In this document: positions 13,260-26,365 of the stretch, in pieces
How positions within the stretch are numbered: the stretch's first letter is position 1
Layout: every line of letters begins with the position of its first letter
The notes under the pieces: model-generated
Seen by the model: the letters and a program-made list of their open reading frames with translations, nothing else
Told to the model about the DNA's origin: nothing
Database searches by the model: none
Program-made: the position numbers and the translations under genes
NCBI GenBank assembly: GCA_951406725.2
Contig: OX597814.1
Coordinates: 35,402,001-35,466,000, forward strand
Length of the DNA stretch: 64,000 nucleotides
Origin: Octopus vulgaris
Taxonomy: Eukaryota
Direction of reading: 5' to 3'

Positions 13260-14130
13260 CTGACATTTTAAACCTCTTAGTATGCCTGCAGGAATTTAAA
13301 AGCTCTCACCTTTGGTTCAATGCATGTTTGTCTGGGAACAGATGAAAAGTTTCTCAAAGAGGCACAAATTGCATCTCATTGGTCTTCTATATGCTCCATA
13401 TTTATATGGTGCTGCTTTCTCCAAAATTGGCCAGCTGATATTGAAAGGACAGACATCATTTTCTTGCAATAGCCATACATGTTTTGCAAGACTTGTTGCT
13501 CTCCTATTTTCGGGGTATCAAAAATAATTTTGGTGGGAATAAAACCTAGTTGCGAAGGAATTTTCCTAAGCTCTTGCATATATTTTGTATTCTTGTAAGC
13601 CATCTATATGCACTTTAGCTCTAGAAACTATTCATTTCTTAAGATATTTTCCTCCTAATGGAGAGCAAGTCTGATCTTTGAAACTGAAATTGTTCTGGTT
13701 AAATTCCTCACTGTGGTTGCTTCTAATGGTTTTCATATTGTGCTGATTAATTAAAGAGGTGAAGTTTTTGCAACAAGACTAGCTAACCTTCAGTGTTGTC
13801 CTATTAAAACTTCTATAGATCTTATGGCTAGTTTGAAAATATTTAGAAACTAGTTTTAAGAATGTCCTACCTATGTTTGTTAAATGCCAGATTAAGACAA
13901 AAAACTTTCCTAGTTCTAGTTCTATGTGTTCTATTATTTCTAAAAGTAGTTTGACTATACTGGATCTTCTCTGAGAATCCACTGTTCCTTAATGCATTAT
14001 CATAATACAGTATGGTATTTTGAAATGTGTCCCATCTGAAGAAATGGATTATACGCACCTTCCTATATCACAAACTAGATTCTTAAGAATTACAGGTGGA
14101 TGATTTAACTCTTTGTTAATACAAAATATC
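13260..14130 (-). pseudogene. Decayed PLE (Naiad-like) thumb plus GIY-YIG endonuclease
   Basis: NHPPVILKNL...TNIGRTFLKLVSKYF...FNRTTLKVS...SLAKHVWLL...ISWPILEKAAPY...CNLCLFEK, with stops and frameshifts. Confidence 0.8.
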
Positions 14131-14612
14131 TTATATATATATATATATATATATATAATGAAGATATGACACGATGTAGGTAAAGAAATTTGAGAAATTT
14201 TAAAAGTATATACGAAACCGGTTATTTCTCCAAAAACTATGTTACTATACACAAAATTTTATAACATTTTCCTAACATAACGACTTTGATAAAAATTTAT
14301 TTACATATAATGAAATTTAGTGAAAACTATAAAAAGTAGGAAAATGCACAGAAATTTTGCTTGTGTTAATCAGGATTAAGAAGTTAGTGATTATGTTATA
14401 ATTTAATGTTATAGGAAGTTTTCATTCCATAGGAAGGACATTTTGTAAATGAATCAGGAGGCAAATAAATGTCAGGGGAGGTAATCAGTGATTGTTATTA
14501 TTAGAAGCAAGGAAGGTGCTTACTCTTTTTTATATTTTAAGGTGAATTCATCATATTTTGATTAATAAGATATAAATATATGAACTAAAATATTTACATA
14601 CTACTTAATTGC

Positions 14613-15636
14613 TTATGTGTTCATATCTAAGGGCAGTTGGTATTTTTCAATATACATAGTCTCTTTATTTAACTGCTGTTGTGCAAAAGTTGTTTCATTG
14701 CATCAGTAGATAGGGAAAAAATGAAAAGTTCAGTTGGAGATTCCTTGTATATCTCTTTGTGTGTTTGTTTAATGGTATTTGTCTATATGCTGGAAATGGC
14801 TTTGTTCCTTATGTAGTGTTGTTCTCCATTAGAAACATTTTTGTTTGACCTGTATAGTTGTGTCCACAACCTGAACAAGCTATGACATAGATTAAGTTTT
14901 CAGACACACAGGTAAATCAGTCATAATTTTGAATCGTTGTCCTTGTTTAAAGTGGAATTCTGAGCCTTCTTTTCGGTTGGGATCTGTTCCACAGTTCGAT
15001 CCCCTGCATCTTTAACTCTTGGTTCCATTGTTGCTGAGTATAATTTCAGACCTGTCAGCATTTTCTTCAGTGATTTTGGTTGATTTAAAAAATTTTTGAT
15101 GAATTTGTGTGTGCCTTGAATTTGGTTCTTAGGGCCCCTAGTGAGCATAGGTAAATTTTGAATAATAATGTTATATGCCTCATTGTTTCTAGGGTTGTGG
15201 GTAGAAATATACGTAGCATTTTAAAATTGGTTGCATTTCATTTTATTTTCCTTAGTGTTTGGATGTCTCTTCAAATATTTTATCCAATCATCAATTAGTG
15301 AAGGCGGATGATGTCTGGTTTTAATTTCATGAAGTCATAGGAATTTGCATCAGACACTATTGTCAAAATCTTTTTCACTAAATTCAAAAGGATATTTATT
15401 TTAACGTGTTTCAGGTAGCATGAATTAAATTATAAGTATTGCTTCAACTCTGGATTATAATAGATGTCTGTTTATCAATTTGGTTATTGACTGTCTTTTT
15501 ATTAAAATATCAAGAACGGAAGTTTCTTTTTACTGCATTCTATTGTAAATTAGATGTCAGTACTTATACCATTGAGCACTGTTTTAAATTCAAATAATTT
15601 ATCAATACTTTCATTGAAAAAGATAAAGCAGTCATA
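14613..15636 (-). pseudogene. Decayed PLE (Neptune-like) RT C-terminus plus GIY-YIG endonuclease
   Basis: DCFIF...LPFL-DILI...TDIYY...STHNPRN...QPKSLKKMLT...FTCVSENLIYVIACSGCGHNYTGQT. Confidence 0.85.
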
Positions 15637-17410
15637 CTTGATCTGACTTCAAAATAGTTGTAAACAAATGTCGCCATCATACAAGTAGTCTTTCATTTTC
15701 AGTTTTCTGTAAAAAGATGTCTGATCTTGAAATAGGTAAAGGTTGGCAACAGGAAGGGCATCCAGCTGTGGAATCCACCTCAAGAAATTCCATCTGAACC
15801 ATGCAAACATGGAAAAGTGAACATTAAAATGATGTTGATATATGTGTATGCATGCATGTGTATGTTCATTTATTATCTTATACAATAACATACACTCACA
15901 TAACACACACACACACACACACACACTCACATACATGCACATACATGCACACACATTATGAGACAAAGATACAAACATACAATCAGCCAGACTTGGCATC
16001 TATTCCAATGGCACTAAAATTATGTTAAAGATCAAGACAAATGACAATATTTGTGTGTCCCAATAATACTTAAGTGCAACAAGATGAGTGATAATAGCAT
16101 TCAAAGATACAAAATCCCACGACCATGGTCTTTGTTGCAAACAGATAATCCCTAAGCTGGGAAACTATTCAAAACTATGTGCTTATTCTTAACCTGTTAC
16201 ATAACTGCCTGAGATGCATGTTTTTGAGAACCTTTCACATATTCATGGACTGCTGACAATTTGTTGAGAATTTTGTGGTTGGATACTGAGAACATATGCA
16301 AGGAAGAACAACACTGATGGATATCTCTTGTTTTAGTTGGGACAACAGGCCAACAATATGGTCTCACTGTAGTTCATACCTTGCTTACCAATTGGAGACA
16401 TTTAAAACAATGTCTTCACTAGGAGACTTGAAATAATGGAAATACCACAATACTGCTGTGCATTATGACTGCTTTTGAAACTCTAGAGAAAAAATATACC
16501 ATCATACATGTGTGAAAGATTGTCAAATACCTTGTTCAAAAGTTTGACATACAAGAAATTAAATATAAGAAGAATAGGGGCTGGAGTCAGGTCCCAAGAT
16601 GCCTTTCTTCATACTATTGCATGAAAAACCTGTGTATATCAGAGAAGCATTCTGAATAGTAAATACAGGTTAGGATCTCACATATGTAATACAGAAAGTT
16701 GAGAATATTTTATTTACAGAATTATTCATGCAATTAAACAAGTTTTTTTTTTTCCATCGATATTTAAAATTTAAAAAATACAACAGTCAAGTGAGTTAAC
16801 TCCAATAAGCATCAGCTAAATGTAACCTTATTAGAATTATCTATCTTGCATGTTAGTTTTAAAATTCAAACACCAACAGGGAGGTTTTGCTTACTAATTG
16901 CATGGATAATCTTAGGTAATCAAAGGCTCTCAGCTTACTGTATTATGTACATAAGTGGAACGACAGTGTTGCATTTTAAAGGTCATTAAGTGTACAGCTA
17001 TCTTCTAAAAGAATAACAAAACTCGACTAAGACATTTAAAACATATCTATGAGTCAATGCATTTCTCTAACTTACTAGACCATCCGCCTGTAAAAGTTAT
17101 CGCCAAAACAAAGATTTGCTGCTCTATTATGAAGAGATACTTTGTACACTGGCTCTAGTGTTGTTACAGGTATTGCTGTCAGAATAGCAAAAGGTATCTT
17201 TGCTGGAGCAAATATCAAAAGGTATCTTTTCTGACTCTCTGGCAGTTCTGTCATTTCACCACCTGGGATGGATACATTTTGGTAACTTCAGAAAGATGGA
17301 AAGTACAGTTGACTTTAGAAGTACATTGGGCTGGAACAAATACTGCTAAACATTTTTACTAATACTTTGACAAATCTAAAATTTTATATGTTCGTAAGAC
17401 ATGTGCATAT

Positions 17411-20400
17411 CAGTGGCGTGCGGTGACTTCCGGCGTTGGGCATGCAATTAATTTCATTGCCCCCCCCCCGGCAATTTTTCAGTAAAACATTTTCGTATTC
17501 CTACGATTTACATATAAGAGATTCTGAATATGCAGAATAAACAGGGAATAAAAAATGGCTGTGCAGAGATGATCCTGAAATAAGTGTATTGTTTGTATTA
17601 TTCTTTGCTCTTCGAAACGTCAGTACTTTCCCATCCTCATTCTCCCTTAGAAAAGTCTAAAAATCATAAGTGAAATGTAATAAAGATGAAATTGGATTCT
17701 GTCAATATTTTTGCATATTCAGAATCTCTGTTAAAGGTAGGAATCCGAAAAAAAATTTGCACATAAATTCGTTTTTCGAAGGGGTGCGATTCTGCATTAG
17801 CCCCTATACCTATCGGTTGAGCTGAATGAAATGATTTAATTAAAAGAACACATTTAGTTACATTATATGGCCATGGTTTTAGATCGTTACGCTCTCGAAG
17901 ACAAGTCAGGTTCTTTATCATGCTACTTGTCAATTCCGGGAAAATTATTGACTGTTCTGAGACTTACTGAACTCCATACATTAAAGGACTACGTCTCACG
18001 CACAAACATTGAAAATACACGCATATACATGAATACGCACACAATGAAAGACAGCGAAAATTCAACATTGTAAAAAGCCTCCCAAAACTGTTGTGGCAGA
18101 AGTCAACATCTCTGAGATTGAAACAAGACACTTATTGAAAGTGAAACAAAACACTTATTTACGGCCGTAAATAGACTACACCCAGCAGCACAGAAAGGGA
18201 AATCTATGTAGGTAGGTTTCACGAAGAAATCAAAACATTTCTCCTGCGAAACAATACTGATGTAAGAAGGTCGAACCTTACGTTATAACAAACACTAAGC
18301 AAAACCTGTAATATATGCTCTTTAATATATATTTTTTTTAATGTTTTAAAATGTTACTTAGCTCATTTATAAATTAATTCAATTCTTCGATCTTTCTGGG
18401 CAAATATATCTATCACATTTTCATAGAAATCTTCTCTTTTCATCAATTCTTGTAATAAATCTTTTTCAATTGACATTAGTGCTAACCCAGACAGTCTTCT
18501 TTCTCCTGTCGCATTTCTTTGGTATGTTTTAATTCTACTTAATGCAGAAAAGGATCGCTCTACAGAAGCAGTGGTAGACGGAATTGTCAAAATCAACTTG
18601 CACAGATTGAAGAGTTCTGGCATAGCTTCAACAAGATCAGTGCTGTTAATGTAACTCATTAAATGACTTACACTTGGTTTTTTAAAATCTTTCATTGAAT
18701 ACATCACATTGAGCTCACTTTGTAATCGTATTACATCAAAAAATCTGCCATAAGTTGTTCTTAAAGAATCTAAAGAGTCCACAGGAAATTGTTTGCAATA
18801 CTCATCAACTTTGTTGAAATTCAAAAGTTCCATGAATTTAAACTCTTCTAAGGATGAATATCGTGCTTTTATTTGGTCAACTATTGTACTTATAATTTTG
18901 TTATAAAGCGTTCTATAATGTCGTTGGGGATCAATAGATATATTCTTGGATCTCTGAATTCCGATTCCTGCATCGACTCCATATTTTTCCCCTAACCTAT
19001 CATAAAAGACTGAAAAATTATCAAGTTTGTTTTCGAGTACAGTTCTAGTTTTATCTATTTGCTGTTTACAATACACTATGTCATGACTTTTACTCTGGAG
19101 TATGTTAAATAAGACGTCAGTAAAAGAAAAAATGTCACTGAATACCTCTAACAAAAATAAGAAATCAGGAGCTTTTAAAGTGTGTAAGAATCCAATTGCT
19201 GAATTTATGGTGGTCTCATCCCATGCTTCAGGATTTTCAATGATGTGTTCAAAAAGGCTGATTATGAAATTATAATTTTCCTTTGTGGTAATAATAAGAC
19301 GTGAGGAGTAATTCCATCTAGTTGCTGTTGCTTTCGGAAATCTTTTTTTAACAATATTATCTAATGCATTAGTCCTTTTCGGTGATTTCGTAAAAAATGT
19401 ACCGAGTCCATTTATTGTAGAAAAAAATATCTTGCATTCTTTCATAGCAGAGCATGATTGTGAAAGAACTAAATTTAGGATATGGGCACAACAATGAATA
19501 AAGATCGCACATTCATATTTCTTTCTTACTTTTGCCTGTAACCCATTTAGTTGTCCTGCCATTGTAGCGGCACCATCATATGTCTGCGCAATCAATTTGT
19601 TTCCACATTCCCACGTCTCAATGCATTTAAAAACATGTTCAGATAAAGCATTTGCAGATCGATCTGCACTAACATCACTAAAACCGATAAATCATTCTTT
19701 TGTCACACAGTCTTCTGTAACATAACGTAAAACTGTTGACAGTTGTGAAGATGCTGAGACATCAGATGTCTCATCAACAAGAATAGAAACATACTTAGCT
19801 TGGTCAATTTCCTTCTGCATCTCATTCAACATAACTTTATGAATTGCTTCGATCAAGTCATTTTGAATTCTGTTCGACAGACCAGTGAAGATAGAAGCTG
19901 TATCTAAATGACTTTCCATTTGTTTGTCATACTTACTGATCAAATAAACGAGTTCTCTATAATTTCCCCGATTATTAGAGCCTTCAGATTCAAAATGACC
20001 CCGAAACGATAATTCCTGGAGGCCTAAAAAAATAACAACATCGATCAATCGTTGCAGAATGGATCTGTTTCGTCGAACTTTCTCATTATGCTGTTGTATG
20101 CTTTGATTTTTACGTGCATCTAATTGTAAGTCTATGCGAACATTCCCGAATATTTTAAGGTCTATCAAACATTTTATATGCCTTTGAGAACGCTCGTGCT
20201 TTAGCATAGCCATATGTAAATTATTTAAATCATCATAGCCTTTATCATTCCAAACATTTTTTTCTAAGCCAAAAAGTAAACACGGCCAACAGAATAATTT
20301 ATTAAGAGCAACACTTCCAGTTAACCATTTCTTCTTTTCATACGAATTAACCTGAAATTGTCTCGTGAATTTCTTGTTGTAGCTTCGCAAATTAGGTAAA

Positions 20401-21203
20401 TTCGGTGTTGGTCTCCCGCGATTTATAATTAATTTTTTCCCATCGAAGTCCCTTTTAGAAAAACTAGTTCTCAAAATATCGTTTATAGCACACATTTCAC
20501 TCATTTTAAAAAAGGCTGCTCTTATTTAAGGACCTACGTGGAAGCGCCGGCGTAAATTTTAAGTCAATTTCAACAAAACGGAAAAATACCCTTTGTTAAA
20601 TTAATTTAAGATTAATTAGCTCTTTCTGAAATAAGAAATATAATGTAGATATTTTTGCTTTCAAAACTTTCTAAAAATATGATAGTGCAAACGGATGTTT
20701 TGGATAAAAAATTTCAAACTTACATGCGAAGGCTAATCCAACATTTCAGCTGGCTAAAACAAGAATTATGGGACGGCTCTTGTTCCGGTCAAAATAGCCA
20801 GAGAGCGTGATATGCGATCTAAGCACAGCATGACAAGCCAAACTGAATTTGTCGAATCGCTGAGAGAGAAGGGGGTGACCATTCCTCGTAGTATATCTTT
20901 TAAACAAAGAAAGAGGGAGAAGGGACAAACTATCAAAGACAGAGAGAAGGGACTCATGCTGTCTTCCCAACGCATGACAAGCGATAAATTTATCGAGTCA
21001 CTAAGATAGAGAGAGAGAGAGAGGAAGGAAGGACAAACTAATACAGACAGAGAGGGAGTGTGTATCATGCGATCTTCTAAAAGTATTTATCAAAGCAGAT
21101 GTACGAAGTGGAGACAATATTTCTAAAACAACTGGACGTATTTTCTTTGAAACAAGGAAGGCATGCAGCGCATACCTTGCATTGCTGAGAGTGCACGCCC
21201 CTG
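17411..21203 (-). mobile_element. Full-length hAT DNA transposon (Tip100/ZMYM1-like), 3793 bp
   Basis: Imperfect TIRs CAGTGGCGTGC / CAGGGGCGTGC; exact 8-bp TSD GTGCATAT at 17403-17410 and 21204-21211; internal transposase. Confidence 0.95.
18363..20504 (-). pseudogene. hAT transposase (~713 codons) with one in-frame TGA at 19692-19694
   Basis: The two track ORFs are in the same frame, separated by 32 open codons. Motifs: LFCWPC...H...H zinc finger, FRGH, VDETSD, YDGAATMAG, HCCAHILNL, TRW, SVERSFSAL (hAT dimerization region). Confidence 0.92.
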
Positions 21204-22146
21204 GTGCATATGTACATAGGTATGCTTGTATGTATGTGTATGTACATATGTATGTACTCATGTATGTATGTGTATGAATGTATGCATATATCTAAGTGTG
21301 TGCGTGTGTGTATATGTGTGTATGCATGCATGTATGTGTGAGTGAATGTATGTTTTTATGTATGTGTATGAATATCTGTTTGTATGTATGTGTGTATATA
21401 CATACACAAGGACCAGTAATGGCACAGGCTGAATAGTGAACATTATCTTAACATAATTTAAGAGCCTAGTTTATGACAGATAACTTATTTCAAGGATTCT
21501 AAGAAAACAAAAACCTTTCCTTCACAAGATGCCGTTACATCTTCCATTCATAGCAACATGAGGAACGCATGTAGTTTTCTCCAGAATATATCATTAGCTG
21601 TCAATCGGAGTATCTTTGTTGCTTCAACATTACCATATTTCAATATCTGTGTGCATTGGTATGTTTTGGGAGTAGGGAGGAACTTGTCTACAACAGATAC
21701 TGTCTTCTACTATCCAAATCTAGAACTCTGCAAGCCAAAGCATCAATTTTGTTGTGTTTTAAATGGGGCATAGAGAAATATGATGTGTTATCATGCAAGT
21801 TATGCACAGAATATATAAAAAATATGACTGAGAATCAATCATATTAAACAGTAAGACAAGCAAAATTCATCTTTACTCTTATATTCTCCTGCACTAATAT
21901 AACTTCCTCATGTTCTTTGATCTTTCACTCATTCTATAAGTTGCATAAATTTAAAATTTCATGCACACACACACACACACACACACACAGAGGCACTCAT
22001 ACATATATACATACATACACACATATCACACACATAAATATACATACATATGTGTGTATATATGTTTTTATATGTGTGTATGTCTATATTGATATATATA
22101 TGTTTGTGCATATATATGTGTCTGTGTGTATATATAAATATTCATA

Positions 22147-22186
<40 letters not shown>

Positions 22187-22189
<3 letters not shown>

Positions 22190-22715
22190 TCATCATCATC
22201 ATCATCATCATTTAGCGTCCGCTTTCCATGCTAGCATGGGTTGGACGGTTCAACTGGGGTCTGTGAAGCCAGAAGGCTGCATCAGGCCCAGTCTGATCTG
22301 GCAGTGTTTCTACGGCTGGATGCCCTTCCTAATGCCAACCACTCTGTGAGTGTAGTGGGTAGACCATAACCCGTAGCCTCTACCTGGTATGTAGCCAGTC
22401 GACTTATACATACCTTTCCTTCTTGGGACACAGAACTCCACTTGTGAAGACCCGTTGAGGCAAGTGAAAATCAAAATCAAAATCAAAATCAAACCAAATC
22501 AAATCAGATATCAGAAAACAGAACTAAAATCAAAGTCGATCAACATCAATGGAAATTGCAGCTGTGATACCAGTGCCGGTGACAAGTAAGCGAACCATCC
22601 GATCGTGGCCGTTGCCAGCGCTGTCCTGACTGGCCTCCGTGCCGGTGGCATGTAAAAAGCACCATCCATTCGTGGCCGTTGCCAGCCTCGCCTGGCCCCC
22701 ATGCCAGTGGCACGT
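22187..22715 (-). mobile_element. RTE-LINE 3' UTR/tail fragment
   Basis: (CAT)n-TTTAGCGTCCGCTTTCCATGCTAGCATGGG... matches the reverse complement of 47750-47905. Confidence 0.7.
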
Positions 22716-22770
22716 ATATATATATATATCTATATATATGTCATGAAGATGTTGGTTATAGCTGATCAGA

Positions 22771-22831
22771 AAGTTACCACTGGTTTCATGTCTATTATTG
22801 CTCTTAGTAACAAAGGTGACTCATCAAACCC
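22771..22831 (-). ncRNA. Degenerate hammerhead-like motif downstream of a PLE endonuclease
   Basis: GGGT-TTGATGA-GTC...GAC-AT-GAAA-CCAGTGG-TA-ACTT; C3 is changed to T and there are two extra nt before GAAA. Confidence 0.5.
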
Positions 22832-23044
22832 ACTGGCCAGAGGTACATAATCTCTTTACTAATATAAGTAAGAATACAGTCTTGGTCAGCAAAGTCGTAA
22901 ACAAAATAAACCTAAAACAAAATTCTTCGAAGCAAAAGCCTCCTCTGTGCAAGATGAAGTTATGTCCCTTTCAAAGGTTCCAGCTGTGTCCAAAAAGGGT
23001 TAGTTTATGCACAATTATCATTCAGTTGTCAGTAGATAAATCCA

Positions 23045-24660
23045 TGTCTTCAACATGAATCTTCTCTCATAATGGCACCAACTAAAAATTTCTCTTTTGG
23101 AATTTAAGATGCTTCCCGGATCAAGCAAATCTTTTAATATCCTTGCCCTCTCAGCCAAGCAAAGTTTACATCGTCTGCTCCCACTGAGGTATACTCTTTT
23201 ACTCTTTTACTTGTTTCAGTCATTTGACAGCGGCCATGCTGGAGCACTGCCTTTAGTTGAGCAAATCGACCCCGGGACTTATTCTTTGTAAGCCCAGTAC
23301 TTATTCTATCGGTCTCTTTTGCCGAACCGCTAAGTGACGGGGACGTAAACACACCAGCATCGGTTGTCAAGCAATGCTAGGGGGACAAACACGGACTCAC
23401 ACATATATATATATATATATACATATATACGACATGCTTCTTTCAGTTTCTGTCTACCAAATCCACTCACAAGGCATTGGTCGGCCCGGGGCCATAGCAG
23501 AAGACACTTGCCCAAGGTGCCACGCAGTGGGACTGAACCCGGAACCATGTGGTTGGTTAGCAAGCTACTTACCACACAGCCACTCCTGCCAGATTTTTTT
23601 AGGAGCTTCCACTTAATCATGTATAACATTCTCTCCTCATTTAGATACAATATGCAGATGGCCAAGGAGTAGGTTCCTCTCTGGAATCCTAAAAGACAAC
23701 TTGTTATTTAGTTGTAGCTCCAACATATTTCCATGTATGTAACTCTACGTTACTGGTGTTGTTGCTGCTGCTGCTACTATTGCTGCCGTTTATGCTGGTA
23801 TTGTCGGATACATTGATGGTGCTGCTGCTGTTACTGATGGACACCACCTCCATCTCATAGACCACAGCCTTGGAGTTAATCACATCGTCTGCTTATGAGG
23901 GATTTCTTCCTGAGCCAACATGAACATCCCACCTCTATGTGGGGTTTAGGGGTATTCACTAAAATCTTTTTTTATACTGGGTGCACAGTTAAATGAGACC
24001 TTTAAGTGTATTTATTAAATAATTTTCTGTACCCACGGAATTGCATAAAATGCTTATCCACTGATCTAAGGAATACCCTTTCCATGCATGTTTTGAAGTT
24101 GATGGAGAAGGATGATGAAACTAAATGACCATATGGTGGCACTTTCTTTTGGGGGTATTAGGTCTCAGCATTAGGTCCTCAAACCTGCAGGCTGCCAAAG
24201 CCTCTTTGTACAAGAGGGCCCTAGGTTCGTAAATTTCTTTATTCAAGGATAGGCTCAACATCCTCTAACTGACTACCTTTGCAAAGTTCTTAAACACAAC
24301 AGATGAGTAGCAGGAAGCTGTGTTAATAGACGACAACCTTTCATTTGGTTTGTAGTAGGGTTTGTAAGACTGGTCTGAATTCTAATCTTAAGACCAAATG
24401 AGCTGTGTGAATTAGATCCTCCGAAAGACTGTCTAGGGTGTGCCTATTTATGTCTCCAAAGGGGGCTGACATGTCATCTCTCTATAAACCAAAAGGACTG
24501 ATGGGGCCCTCTTTGTTAAGGTTTCCAGTATATATAATCCTATGAAGTCATATATCTGCATTGTTGAATGCCCTCATCACCACTTTGTAGGAGCCTGTTT
24601 GGTCAGATTGTTTGCCCCCATAAGATTATGAAGTGGTTGTCTCTTTTTTGCATGTATATT
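23045..24660 (-). pseudogene. Decayed PLE (Naiad-like) RT plus endonuclease, interrupted by a SINE
   Basis: FGLYRDD, YKPYYKPN, FLRSVDKHF...KLFNKYT, KYVGATT, IKWKLLK [SINE] YLSGSRRCKLCLAE...LNSKREIFSWC. Confidence 0.78.
23192..23590 (-). mobile_element. tRNA-derived SINE (family A), full length
   Basis: Near-identical to the reverse complement of 30782-31176. Confidence 0.9.
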
Positions 24661-24849
24661 CCCTCAGAACAACATATTTGATGAGCTGAATAAAAAAAAT
24701 ACAGCACTAACAAAAGAAGAAATGGGATTGAAGGGGTTGAGGTATCAAGAATGAAATGAAAGGGAACAGTGATTGAGATAAGGCTGGTAGAAAGGGTGAG
24801 AAAATGATGGATAGTAAGAGGTAGCTAAATGTTAAGAATAACTAATGGA

Positions 24850-25125
24850 TCATCATCATCACCATCATTGTTTAATGTCGGTTTTCCTTGCTAGCATAGG
24901 TTGAACGGTTTGACTAGGGTCTGGAGAGCCAGTGGCTGCACCAGGCTCCAATCTGATCTGGCAATATTTCTACAGCTGGATGCCCTTCCTAATGCCAACC
25001 ACGCCAAAAATGTAGTGGGTGCTTTATACTTGAAACTGGCACAGAAACCAGTCAGTTGGGCCTTGCATCGATCATGTTTGGATGGTGCTTTTTATATGCC
25101 ACCGGCATGGGAGCCAGTCAAGGGG
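24850..25125 (-). mobile_element. RTE-LINE 3' tail fragment
   Basis: Same motif set as 22187-22360. Confidence 0.65.
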
Positions 25126-25659
25126 TAACAAATGGTTGGAAGGAATAATGATGAGATGTTGGTGCAGTATGTGAAGTACATGCAAAGCTGATAAAATGTT
25201 TATACCTATGGCTGGAGATGGGCAAGAGAGATTTGGTGATAAAAATGAGAAAGAGAAGAGCTGAGTTTTGATGAGAGAGTCAAATCGGTTTAATGACATC
25301 TCTAGTTATACCGGAGACATGGTACAGTGATCCTCTACCATTCTTAGTTACCCTGATCACATAGAAAACTGAAAGAGACAAGAAGATAAGTGATTCAGAA
25401 ATAAGAAGTAAGAAAATGAGATATAGAAGCATAAGAGATAAAGCTATTAAAGGCATGGATACCAGTGGCATAGGATAAAGAAAGAAATGGGATGTGTGGT
25501 AGGAGAGATTTATAAAAGAGAGGCTGTGCTGGATTAACCATTAAGCAAAATAAGCATTGCTTAGGGCATCAAGGAAAGGGACGATTACAGAAATGGTTTA
25601 CAGTACAAAGGAACATTATTTACAATTGACGGATATTTGTCCTCATCTTGTTTGTTGTT

Positions 25660-25705
25660 AACACAACATTTCAGCTGATATACCCTTCAGCCTTCATCAG
25701 GTGCC
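25660..25705 (-). ncRNA. Minimal type-I hammerhead ribozyme
   Basis: GGCAC-CTGATGA-A-GGCTG(AAGGGTATAT)CAGCT-GAAA-TG-TT-GTGTT. Sister copies suggest an ancestral palindromic GAAACGTT. Confidence 0.72.
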
Positions 25706-25788
25706 TTGGGGAAATTTTGAACCTGGGTTCTCATTCCTAAGGTATATTTCGATATTATTATTATCATCATCATCATTAATATTATTCA

Positions 25789-25862
25789 GGTCACTGCCTG
25801 GAATCAAACTCGGAATCTTGGTGTTAGTAGCCTGTGCTTTTAACCACTACACCATATGCTGT
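25789..25862 (-). promoter_or_regulatory. tRNA-like Pol III internal promoter (A and B boxes)
   Basis: TGGTGTAGTGGTT...GAGTTTGATTCC with tRNA-like spacing; not a complete cloverleaf. Confidence 0.65.
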
Positions 25863-25889
25863 GGGTCATTATGGAGTGAATTTTAGGGC

Positions 25890-26365
25890 TTATAAATCTA
25901 ATATTCTCCTATCCTTCCTTAATACCGGTTCCCATATGCTGTTCATATCTGCACTTGGTCTGCCTAAGAGGTCGTTGTGTCCTAACATATGTGCTGCTTC
26001 TTTTAGCTTTTGTATTTTCCAGTGGTGTTCTCTGTATATTATTTTAACTTCATCCCACAGGGAGAGGTGGTCTCCGTTTTTCCATACACGATCAGCTATA
26101 CCCGATTTATCAATATCTCACTGATGTTCCTCTATCTTTATTTTGAGGGGGCAGCATGTTTCGACTTTGTATAACCTACCACAGCTGCATGGGATGGAGT
26201 ACATGTAGTTCTTAGTCATATTCTCTTCTATTAGTGGTTTTACTTGAAGGAGGTATTTGCGAAGTATTGTATTAATTTTGAATACTGTCCTGATGTCATA
26301 TGGGATGCATATCTTTTGTAACTTTTCAGAGAGGCCTTTCACATAAGGTAGACAGACTGTGGACA
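25890..26365 (-). pseudogene. PLE GIY-YIG endonuclease remnant
   Basis: KGLSEKLQKIC...MYSIPCSCGRLYKVET..PLKIKIEEH...SGIADRVW...WDEVKII..EHHWK..KLKEA. Confidence 0.85.

Noticed and set aside
13630-13640. In-frame TGA in the Naiad-like endonuclease as possible selenocysteine (some Naiads encode selenoproteins)
   Set aside because: The remnant has several other stops and frameshifts, the TGA is not clearly at a conserved Cys, and no SECIS was recognised.
14155-14228. ATGAAGA...GAAACCGGTT on the plus strand, resembling a hammerhead
   Set aside because: Stem III is palindromic, but I could not pair stems I and II convincingly, so it is not counted.
19692-19694. hAT transposase TGA as programmed recoding or an intron boundary
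   Set aside because: The flanking sequence is in frame and transposase-like; a single CpG transition at a conserved Arg is the simpler explanation.
25789-25862. Functional tRNA gene (also the SINE heads at 1103, 30782 and 39130-39193)
   Set aside because: A/B boxes are present, but acceptor and anticodon stems do not close and there is no poly-T terminator; they are embedded in repeats.
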